Assembly: GCA_040954595.2 (NCBI GenBank)
Contig: CM082579.2
Location: forward strand, 3,647,227 to 3,711,226
Origin: Balanoglossus misakiensis
Taxonomy: Eukaryota; Animalia; Hemichordata
DNA: 64,000 nt
Direction: 5' to 3'
In this document: positions 50,601 to 60,200 of the stretch, piece after piece
How positions within the stretch are numbered: position 1 is the first letter of the stretch
Layout of the letters: every line of letters starts with the position of its first letter
Notes under the pieces: generated by a model
What the model was told of the DNA's origin: nothing
The model's database searches: none
Seen by the model: the letters and a program-made list of their open reading frames with translations, nothing else
Translations under genes and position numbers: made by a program

Positions 50601-52739
50601 ATAAACCTCAGCAAAACACTTGATATTCACATGGAAACTACACAAGTGTATTATTCACAGGATTCGGGCATGAAACCATGGACACAAATAATTGAAGAAT
50701 AACTGTGAATTTGCGTAAATCATAAGCGAACCTTACCCCGTCGAGGAGTCCACTGACAGGGAGAATAACCTTTGACCCATGTTGCGTGTGTCCCACAGGT
50801 AACACTCCCTCTCTCGCATCTAATGTAGAATGATAAAATTGAACATGATGGGAAAGATTTCACACACTTGGATTTAGGGTGTGCAATTGTTGGGTAATGA
50901 CTTCGGTGACTTTCAGGATATATTCACACATGAAAAGGTTTATTGGTGACGCAGGTCTGTCCTATCCCAATGACCTTCATACCACTACTGATTCACAGCA
51001 GAAGTTGAAATGAGTATAGCTGACACAACATTGTATCTCACTGCGACACAACATGCCAGACTTGTCCAGGATGATGGCGATAATGCACGCGGTGATCACT
51101 GCGGCACTCACCCGGCTGAATCCTGTTGACAACAACATGTCTTTGTCCCCCAACCAGCACGTCCTGGAGTCTTTGATGTTGGCATGGCTGCTCGCTTCCT
51201 GTGGGATGATATTCAAGCGACGTTCAAGTGTTTTTGCAATGTTCAAGTGTGTTCGTGCTCACTTTGAAAATATTGAGAGCTGTGCCTCTGCTTATTAGAG
51301 AACAGACACTGTAATCGCATCCAAGTTCAAGGGAAAGACTTAAACTATACACATCAATGTGATGTTGGCACGCTTGTGCAAAATCATCGCATATTTCAAA
51401 ACTGTCACAAATTCCTGCAAAATAAAGACAGAACAAATTTAGGTCCAACCTCTACTTACCGACACCACTGTTTGCGACCTGGGGTCAAATATCCTGATCA
51501 TTTTGTCTTTGCTGGTAGTTGCCAGTAAGCTGCCATCTTGTTTCCATGACATTCCCTGAATTTGATCCTTTGGGCCTTCAAGAACTGTCAAAAACAATGC
51601 AGAAAGTATTATTTCTGAAATAATACAACTGGTTACAATAACAAGAGTCTGCTACAGTAAGCTGCCATCTTGTTTCCGTGACATTCCCTGAATTTGAAAA
51701 AAAAAATTAATCACTCACCTAGTTTTTCTTCTTGTTGGGTGATATCCCATATTTTCACAGTTTTGAACGCAGATGTTGCCAGAATGTTATCGGCGGTTGT
51801 GTGAAACAGAACATTTTCAATCCTGCGGTCCTGAGTCGGCAAGGTGACCTCTGGTGTGGCGATACTCTCGGTCAGTCCACCTTCTGGTAAGGACCATATT
51901 CGAATCTAGAGAGTGCCAAAGAAAATATAAATTACAATTGACAATAGCTGAAAAACCCTGGTATATTATAATTGTTAGGAATGTGATGCAATCCAATTAT
52001 GAATATCGTCAGCCCAGCAAAAGCACTGAAACTCTCATTGCCATTGATTCCACAAACTCATTTTGATTGTGCGTTTGTGTATATTATACTCACCGAGCAA
52101 TCCTGCGATCCGGTGGCAAGAAGGTGATCGTCAAATGGTGAAAAATCAAAATCGGTCACAAACTGGGAATGTGCATGTAGTTGTGGAATGTCTTTTGGCT
52201 TCCTGCCCGAATCGTTGATTGGTAAAACTGCTAAGCTTCCTCCTCCTGTTTTGACATTCAAAGACGGGAATTTGAAATGAAACTCTGGACAACTGTCAAA
52301 ACATATATGAACATATACACATGTATGCAGGCTGTGTTGATTTACAAAACACACTAGTAGAAACCACAGCCTGGCAAAACCAGAAAACACAAACCAAGGC
52401 AAAATCTCTTGCTACTGAACTGCATCTATACATACCAGCATGCTCCACATTGAAAGCTATTAAAGCACAGCTAGCTTTGATGTGATTGCCACAGGACTGG
52501 AGAGATCCGATATTGATGTCACTAATCCAACCCTGAGTGAAAACAGGCAAAGTATTAACATGATGTCAATATGGGATCTAGTATGAGATACGATTCTTTG
52601 GTGCAAGGGTACAACAGCATTGAAGAGTGCCATGCTATGGGTTTATTATGATGACCATAAACGACAAATGTTAACTCACTTCCTTCTTGGGTATCTTTGC
52701 TGCAGCATTCTTGTATTTGGAGGCTTTAAAACGGTACAT
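41663..52739 (-). CDS. CORO7: Coronin-7 (tandem WD40 coronin, POD-1 family), ~991 aa, 24 coding exons
   Basis: Exons (minus): 52739-52680, 52532-52436, 52245-52094, 51905-51719, 51584-51460, 51198-51112, 50819-50737, 50520-50466, 50273-50216, 45922-45777, 45667-45572, 45331-45167, 45057-44593, 44474-44279, 44188-44046, 43908-43804, 43675-43590, 43416-43278, 43152-43063, 42836-42720, 42625-42490, 42256-42165, 41988-41902, 41671-41663; total 2976 nt, in frame. Starts MYRFKASKYKN..WISDI..SCGNHIKASC, has two coronin repeats (SKFRH, FHEDLYPDT, FQDDLYPDT) and ends in the acidic EGVDDDEWDD tail typical of CORO7. Confidence 0.95.
46612..49638 (+). CDS. Toll-like receptor (single cysteine cluster type; signal peptide-LRRNT-LRRs-LRRCT-TM-TIR), intronless, ~1008 aa, nested antisense in a CORO7 intron
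   Basis: The first ATG at 46612 gives a signal peptide (MSPLPQFFALLLLGV), then LRRNT VDCSNRRL, more than 20 LxxLxLxxNxL repeats, a Cys cluster, TM AFVISVPTACAVVFVTACVVLGF, and TIR boxes FDAFVCY, LCLHERDFIPG, SEWCYFE, FWEKL. Confidence 0.96.
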   Translation: MSPLPQFFALLLLGVSLRKIKTETHCKVYNATYVDCSNRRLYQLQTTLPSYATFLDLSRNNIASVPSNSFASLKQLRHLDISYNAISVIGASSLRGLHELRRLNLHSNLISSIAPRAFHDLTKLEMLDLSSNQLTTFPDVLFSPLGQLQHLDISSIRLEVLSSGAFHGLSNLQTLDLSDNRIAELPDRVFQGLVRLQSLDVSQNKMSCFPNSLASEDLSNVERLFFYHNTIERNCTGINLRNLKHLKTLSLAFCQLVDTTIENMILPSYGLQEVDLSGNRILVASSTRSTFSAFRNVSQIDLSYSKINAESLERPLYGFENSTITFLMLGRGGLTSVTMTTLKGLEKTKLIVLDLCFNELSSIPSGVFQWLPYLETLDISFNQLQHIASDAFVGLQNLKTLVLTENKLSALSAGTLGGLSSLESLEISSNKLSRIAPGAFAGLLSLKNLRLAKNELSTLSAGTFTGLTSLKTLDVKENLVHNITEAMESMRSLSSLTHLNLSYNALKGQLPTGAFVRLQSLTELDISHNGFTSFHPHSFSSLTQLEHLDISYTSVEEMPQEVFFPLVSLSSLLLGRTKFRDNDRPFTSARRLKKLFITDMFTHLHLKDVPALEYLYINGNADTVCYFLDTFLTELNSSNIHTLEIENACFSKAYIFAPKPNLSLESISLDNVLFAGPFAALSFFKFFPNLKQLSLSLVTGVSKTDFLPKTLQNMETLILGNMDITSIDTDFFEVQSNFKLLEVGLDNLDCTGCKMMGFLDWVQTDTVTQVKGYMNCGSWTEGAAKPTSIYNLSFGLECNLAFVISVPTACAVVFVTACVVLGFRFRWHIRYAFFLGRLRCGGYRQLVNDDDRAPDKKFDAFVCYNEGDRDWVWQQLVPNLENDDPRFKLCLHERDFIPGVDIFENILDSIENSHKTVLVLSPNFAQSEWCYFEMRMAQNHLFDDRRDVLLLVLLEEIPDAVMPRVLRKILLTKAYNAWVDNEMGRKLFWEKLKVALRTQNRVNRVAEV
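50165..50189. repeat. (CA)n microsatellite
   Basis: ACACAC... run in the CORO7 intron. Confidence 0.9.
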
Positions 52740-53014
52740 TGTTAAACTGGCGAGAGAGAAAATCACAACAGGAACATGCAGTGAACAAAAATGAGTATTT
52801 CAAACAACAATCACAGGAACCTTAAACGATTTTCATAGAAAAGGGGGCGTGTCAACATCCCCTACATTTTTCAGTTGCCATACAAAAACACTGAACTTCT
52901 TTTATTTAATTCTTCGGGATCAAACAACCGTGATCTGATTATCATCACTAAGCACTGTCTGGTTGAACCGTCGACGTTCACACGCCAGAATCGCTGTATT
53001 TGAAATGTTCTTAC

Positions 53015-53419
53015 CTACTTCCGAGTCCCTGATATGGCGAGCGAACTTCCAGTCGTGTAGTTTATGTACATGTACAGAGTGTTTCTTCCTGTCACGTGGA
53101 CAAGCCAGCAAGTATGACCTGAAGCTCGAAGGTCATGCGATGCAAGAGCCCCTAACTTTCTCTAACGTAATCAAGTCCATTTTACTTATGCAACTTTGAT
53201 CGTAGCGATTTTTCCATATGTGCTTCTAAATTCTTACCGAAATATAATCAAACAATGAGAATTTATACGTGATGTGGCCAGACTTTTGACTTTATTGGAG
53301 CATGGAAGTAGAAGGTAATTGGAGGTAATTTTCCCGATAATTGCTTCTGACTGACCTGGCTTGGAAATTAGAAGTTAAGGGTGCCTACTTGGTGCGTGCG
53401 CAGTTGCCTCCGATCAAAC
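53015..53419. promoter_or_regulatory. Probable bidirectional promoter of CORO7 and DNAJA3
   Basis: A minus-strand donor at 53014 (CORO7 5' UTR exon; acceptor at 52747) and the DNAJA3 ATG at 53420 are ~400 bp apart, head-to-head. Contains CTTCCG (ETS-like), GTCACGTGG (E-box) and GCGTGCGCA (NRF1-like). Confidence 0.6.
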
Positions 53420-56400
53420 ATGGCGACCACGAGGATTTTGTGCACCCTTCGTCCTCGGAATTCACTAAAATCGTGCCAAAAATTGGTCGGTAGCGGATCT
53501 AATTTAGAATGTAAAGCATGCACAGTATTTTCACGATACTATGGAAGTGAAGAAGTTGGACATCGCAGTTTAAATCTGCTTGGGAAACATAAAATTAAAG
53601 ACCACGGTGAGTGAAATCCACACGAGACGCCAGCACGCACGTACAAGTCTGCCAACTACTATCGGTGCATTTCGTAATCAACATGTACGTGTATGATCGC
53701 GTTTCATGCCAGAATCTTGCATGCGAAAATGGTGGTTACGAATTGTTGCATGAAACTAAAGTAAGACGTGGTTACACTTATCTTACTCTCTCACTCCTTG
53801 AATTAGATCACTTTCCAAGTCCAAGGTTAGCAGGTTGGAATAATGCCAACGTGAGGAGTTATCATGCAACCAATGCAGCATTTTCAAAGGATTATTATGA
53901 GGTCCTAGGTGTGTCCAAGACTGCAACACAGAAAGACATTAAGAAAGCATATTACCAGGTAAGGTTTGTCGGAGTTGATCTCTTTTGACAGTGCTTAAAT
54001 AATGTGTTGCCCCATTTTCTAGTCAGTGTCAAGTCCTTATTTGTAAATCCTGTTAGATGATAACTAACTAAGCATACTGTTCTTGCGTCATTTGCAGCTT
54101 GCCAAGAAGTACCACCCAGACAGCAACAAAGATGACAAAAATGCATCATCGAAATTTGCTGAGGTGGCAGAGGCGTATGAGGTGAGTAAACACTCAGCAC
54201 AGAACATAGCAGAACTGTGGAAATGTCTGCATGATGACATCTAGTGTCAGTCCTGTCTGAGTATATGACCAGTGACGACATTCCAGTGTCTGACGGAGAT
54301 ACATACAGAAACAAAATGCATTTTCACCGATCTTTTCAACATGATGCACCTGATGCAAAGAATACTAGCAGCAAAACAGCCAAAAGTTGCAACTTTTGGA
54401 GCCTTGACATTCTTTCTGCTTGTATCCGATGCAGGTTCTGTCTGATGACATGAAACGCAGGGACTACGACAATCTGCGAGCGGCCGGCTTTGGAACGGGT
54501 GCCAGAGCAGGTGGTGCACCTTTTGGCAGTGGTCCTGGTTCGTTTGATTGGCAGTATCAGTCGACAATAGATCCCGAGGAACTGTTCCGGAAAATCTTTG
54601 GCAATGCCGGCATGAAAAATGAGTTCTTTGACGAGAATATGTTCAGACAGGGTTTTAAAAGAGTGACCGATGTAAGTAGTGAGTGATTTTTAGAAGACGT
54701 AGCTCATCTCTGCATTTGTGAGATTTCAGAAAACCAAAATACAGTGTGATGACCAAACTAATTTTTGTCTTAGTCTGCAATGATGGTGTACATGTAACTT
54801 CACATTTGCCAGTGAGGTTTCAATGTACAACAAATTTAATGCTCCTCACGTTTATGCATACACCTCTTCATTGCCAGTGCCATTTGAGACGAGTGTGCAC
54901 TTTACTTACAGCCATCTCCCCACTTTTCCCCTCTTCAGGTCATGATGGACTTGACCTTCAGCGAGGCCTGCCGGGGAGTGAATAAAGACCTCACGGTTCA
55001 GGTGGAAGACACCTGCTCTCGATGTAAAGGCAACAAAGCAGAGCCCGGCACAAAACCAGTGCCATGCCATCACTGCCAAGGAACTGGCATGGTAAGTGTG
55101 ACCTCGGAAATCAAATTCTGAACCCTTTCACCCCCTGTTCCCTCTTTAAAGGTCCAACCTTAACATAGGAAACTGGGGGGTTTGGACTGAACCATGGTGG
55201 TGAAAGGCTTAAACTTTTTTCTCATATTTTGCTGAAGCCATTTCTCACGTACGTAAGGAAGACTTATTCCTATTATATAAATTTACTTGTCCAGGAAACC
55301 ATCAACACAGGACCGTTTGTGATGAGATCCACATGTCGGCGATGTCGTGGTCAGAGAGTTTTAGTTTCATCGCCGTGTATTGTGTGCCGGGGGAAAGGTG
55401 AAGTGCTGATCAACAAAACAGTGACTGTAGCTGTTCCGGCAGGTGAGTGTTGGTCATAGCTTCCTGTCCATATAATTATCTCTTCCGATAATTCTCTGTA
55501 TGCAGAGCAACTTCACATCACCAAACTATACACCGTGTATCAACTACATTTGTGTACTTTTTTCCCCCACAGGTGTTGAAGACGGACAGACGGTGAGAGT
55601 ACACGTCGGCAAAGAGGAAGTCTTCGTAACGTTCCGAGTTCCTCGAAGCAGCACCTTCAGACGAGACGGCGCAGACGTCCACTCAGATGTCGAGGTGGCA
55701 TTTACACAAGCGGCGTTGGGGGGCAGCATCAAGATCAAGGGCATCTATGAAGATATCAATCTGGCTGTAAGTTTTCTGCGTGATTTCAGAAACATGAAAC
55801 ATACACGTGTCATTTGCAAAAGGATGCAATCACCCACTTGGTGTTGTCTACAGTTGTCACCATCTCAATTTAGTTGGAGAGAAGTCGTTATATAGATTAA
55901 TTCACAAATAAACATCAGGCTCAGGGTAGTAAATTGTGTTGCTGGATCTTACTTTTTTCATGGTAAGGACAGTTGTGTGACATACTCTACAAGAGATTTC
56001 ATTAGCTCTCTATTTTTCAGCATGTGTTTTTGAATTCATCTTTTGTCAGATCCCGCCAGGCACACAGTCACATACGAGGATGCGATTGGACGGCAAAGGC
56101 ATCGCCAAAATGAGCGGCTATGGCTATGGAGATCATTATGTACATTTTAGAATTAGGATACCAAGGTGAGCCCAGGCTGGTGTTTGTGATGTTTGGATAA
56201 AGCCTTTTCATACTCAAATGAGCACTTTCTCAAGAACACACGTCGTCTCATGAATGATGAAACGTTAAGTGTCAGTCCTGTCTGACTAAACAGTGTGATG
56301 CATGACAAACTCTGACATGAGATGCAGTGCCTGTTCATATACGCATGCCCCCACTCGATCGACATAAAACATAGCTTTGTTCTTGCAATTGGAGCAGATC

Positions 56401-56796
56401 AGCTAAATTTTTGCTCTATTCGGTCGTTACATGTGTGATCTTCTCTTCTCTCCTTACAGGAGTTTAACCGCAAAACAGAAAGCTCTAATGTTAGCATATG
56501 CAGAGGAGGAAACTGGTGTTACGGGTACAATAGACGGCGTCTCAAAAACACAAGATGGTGAGCTCTCATCTGAATTTCCCATTTTTTCCCTGATGTCCTG
56601 CTCAGGCGTAAGCTCTTGATATGATTGTGTGCACAGCATAATTCTCATGAAACATTCGCGTAATCCGTTACATGCTGCAAATCAATGACAGAAAGTAAGT
56701 CCGGTTGTTTTCTGCATTGCAGCTGACAAAACTTACGGTGAAGAAGAAAAAGATGGGATTCTAACCAAAATCAGAAAAGCTATCTTAGGCATGTAA
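53420..56796 (+). CDS. DNAJA3: DnaJ homolog subfamily A member 3 / Tid1 (mitochondrial Hsp40), isoform ending in exon 10a (~480 aa)
   Basis: Exons: 53420-53606, 53807-53958, 54098-54181, 54435-54671, 54939-55091, 55295-55442, 55573-55766, 56050-56165, 56460-56557, 56723-56796 (1443 nt, in frame). Basic N-terminal presequence, J domain [25 protein letters not shown], four CxxCxG zinc-finger motifs, C-terminal [12 protein letters not shown] and [10 protein letters not shown]. Confidence 0.95.
54226..54297 (+). ncRNA. Intronic box C/D snoRNA candidate 1 (DNAJA3 intron 3)
   Basis: Box C ATGATGA 54231-37, D' CTGA 54257-60, C' GTGACGA 54272-78, D CTGA 54290-93, terminal stem TCTG/CGGA; shares AGTGTCAGTCCTGT-CTGA with candidate 2. 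Confidence 0.7.
56246..56322 (+). ncRNA. Intronic box C/D snoRNA candidate 2 (DNAJA3 intron 8)
   Basis: Perfect terminal stem TCTCATG/CATGAGA, box C ATGATGA 56254-60, D' CTGA 56282-85, C' GTGATGC 56295-301, D CTGA 56312-15; same D' guide as candidate 1. Confidence 0.78.
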
Positions 56797-57132
56797 CTGA
56801 GGTAGGCGTCAGATGTGATGATCTCAGTGTTTTGGTGCTCACAAAGAAGATTTGTGAAATTGAAATGAAAAGAAAAATCTCAGATTTACGTTTACTCTCA
56901 GTTAAATGCTTAATGTAGGATGATAAATGGATGCGCCCAAAATGTGTTCTTATCATTTATCATCGGCAAGTTCACAGGTTGTATTTGGCTATAGCGCCCT
57001 CATGTGACTGCTCTTACATGTAATTATGATCGAGGGCGCTGTCGACAGACGCTACACAAGTCAGTCGGGGTCCCAATCCCACTGTGAGGGAAGTATGCAT
57101 TTCATAACATGTCTTTGTTCTGTCTGTTGCAG

Positions 57133-57272
57133 GTGCAAAGTTCGTGATGGAAGATGAAGGTGGCATGGTCAGTCAAATCCGAAGGGCCCTCCACAATCCG
57201 GTGACCCCTGAAGATCTCGGCAAGAAAGTGGCCGATAAGATAGAAGAGGAAGAAACGGACACAAAGAGATGA
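57133..57272 (+). CDS. DNAJA3: Alternative terminal coding exon (10b) of DNAJA3
   Basis: Acceptor TCTGTCTGTTGCAG|; phase-1 compatible with the exon ending 56557; encodes GAKFVMEDEGGMVSQIRRALHNPVTPEDLGKKVADKIEEEETDTKR*. Confidence 0.7.
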
Positions 57273-60200
57273 CGGGCGATTGGAGCGTGCTGACCTGCTG
57301 ACTTGCAAACCGATACAACTGGACCTTCTTATGCAATATAACCTGGCGTACTTCACACAAAATGTGCTCACGTATTTCTGACAGATGTGTAAAATTTCGT
57401 GGAAATTCTTTGTGCGTACAGAAAAACTTTACCAACACGGGTGGTATTTACTCCATTGGGTATAGAAACGAAACAAAGATTCCATTGTTATTGAAGAAAA
57501 ATGTCCAGGCTTCATAATAAATTTCTAACCTACCAAGGGCTCATGTTTTTCCGTAAACATTACATTTTTTCATGTCCAACAAGAAAGCTTACGTTAGGAA
57601 CCCGAGGAATTACAAGCATGTCAAGGTGTGTTTTTCTAACGTATGTGTAGTTACAGTTCCCCTTTGGCATTTGAGATAGATTTTACAAAGAAGTGTAATT
57701 GTATATAAAGTGTAGAGAAAAGACCAGAGCTTTCGAGCAGTAGTGACAGAAATAGGGTTTTGCTTTTGACTGTGTATATGTACATGTAATGTCTACTAGG
57801 TTTATCTGGGTTATTGCAATTGCTGTAGGCACATTCTTGCTCTAATTTGTTCTAACTTTCTGGCATTTTTTTTTTTTTTTTGGGGGGGGGGGGAGATTCA
57901 ATGTCCCCATCTTTTTAATAAGCCATCCAAGCATGGAGATAAGTTACAATGAAGACAACACAAGGAAGGGAAATTGCAAATGTCAAAGCGGGTGGAAAGA
58001 TTTTTTTTTATATTTTGTTAATGAACTGTGATATTTTAAAATGTAAGATATGGGGGGGGGGGGGGGCAAACATGTGAAAAGTAACCAGAAAAGAAATGTT
58101 TTGTTCTCTTCATGGGAGCGTGAAATTGCTGTTAAATTTGGGTTATGTAGACCATAAAACAATTACCTCAGTGGCCAACTGTGTAATTATAGAAGCTTGT
58201 AAATAATGCAGTTTTATGGTCGGATACCTTTTGGGACTAGTAGAATTCCATAACACCGGTCTCCAGTTACATTAAAACACTGTAAAATTACTTCAAACAC
58301 AAACTGTAAACATCCTTTGTGTGTTTTGATTTCCGATGTTGGGAAGGGAGTGAAAAAAAGAATTTTGAAGAATGTGATGAAAGCAGACGGCCTTCACAGC
58401 CGACTGGTCTTTGTAATCTTCTGTGGGGGCAGTCTGATTGGTTTTAATATGAATTTATTGACTTCAATTAGAAAAGCCAGTCATATAATCTCATTTCCGT
58501 TTGCCTCCTTGCAACCTTAGAACCACACTGGTGAAATTCAAATATCCTGCGTTTATATTTAGAGTGCAATTGGACTTGTGTTTCCAATTACCTTTGACCT
58601 CCAGGGTGCTTCCCAGCTGTGAGATTTGACGATTGTCTGACTGACTCCAACTAATAACTGCACTGGTGCTGTTTAGGGACGTCTTCCCAGAAATTTCAGA
58701 GTGAAAACATTGACACTAAAAAAATTAGTTCCTCATACACAAATGAGGGGGAGGGTCTTGTTTTGATTCAGTTATACAAAGGTGGGAATATTGATGGTAT
58801 TGTGTTATTTATGCTCACAGTTCTACTTGCCATGTACAATTTTTTTTCAAAATTGATTATAAAGTGAAATAAAATTGATTTGAAAACCTTGAATGCTTTT
58901 GGTTCTGTGTCTGTGATTCTAAAAGGTATCTGTCTGCTCCCGACAGGATTTGGTAACCAACGTTTGTGATTCCACAATTCTGCGATGTTTTAAGTTGACA
59001 GACTTTTGCAGAAACCCCTTGATCGCCAAAGGTGATAACCTCTGACCTCAAATGGAAATCTCTGTCTTCTGTGAATGATAATTGCCATAAATGGTGACGT
59101 CATGCCGATTCCCGAACCGGAGCCATAAACGCCTGTAAACATGATAGATGTCGTCTTTGGTCTCTTTAACATTCAAAAAGGCATGTGCTGATGACCATAA
59201 AACAATTGTATCAGGACATCTCACAGGGCATAGACATTTAAGTGAACTTTCCTGGCATGAAATTATAAGACACTTTTTGGGGGAAAATTTCATCACGTCA
59301 TGAATTTTCTCAAGAATCTGCCTCTGCAGCTTTTCCATGTGACGAAGAATCTCCCATGATCCCTTGTAACTTGAAGTTCTGAGTAGCTGTGGCCAAGAGT
59401 TAAATTACACCAGAGTCAATACACAGCTACAAGTTTACACCAGAGATGCAGTCACCAATGGGGATTTTGGAATAAACTTTAATTTGATTTAGGCCAAGAC
59501 ATATTTTTACTAGTGCTAATTTAGAACATCAGCGATCAATTTTTATGAGCTTTCAATGCAGCTGTCATGTGGCAATCACAGTAGAACCGTCTCTCTCTCT
59601 GTCTCTCTCACTCAAACAAGTGAACTTCTGTTCAACTTTATAGTAAGGGCTTGTACGATAGAATCGACGTTCTCTGGTGAATTATAAGAAGGTGTTGCTT
59701 CGTTACCACTTGCTCTGTCATTGGAATTAATGGACATCAATTAATTATTTAAATGAGCACTCTAATTTATTTCTGTCACATCACATTCCAGTGACTTGTG
59801 TCAATTATTCCAATCACATCTTAAATGACTAATTGGTCAGAGGAATTCAATCACTGCTCATAAAACTTCCAGCGGCAAGAGAACATCTGCCCACTTGGGA
59901 GCTCCAACTGAAATGTGGCAATGTAATCAATTATGCAAATTGGTTATGGTGTCACACATCATGATGAAGAATTAAAGAGAAAATGCTCGATGTCTTGGAA
60001 TGCACATATTCTTGAATTATAAAATCTACTTTATTTAGATTAGATTTTAATTCAATTCTGATCACATCTTAAGGAACGTCATCAGAGATTCACTTGTCCT
60101 GTTCGTAAACTAAATTTTATGCAAATAGATGGTGCATTATGCAAACATTGTGCAGCTGGAATTGATCTATATAAGAAATAGAATTTACTGAAGATAAGTG

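Noticed and set aside
54745-54820. Third snoRNA in DNAJA3 intron 4 (GTGATGA present)
   Set aside because: No properly placed CTGA box D or terminal stem, and no shared guide.
57866-58066. Poly-T/poly-G runs as a G-quadruplex element
   Set aside because: Isolated homopolymers of uncertain length with no supporting structure.
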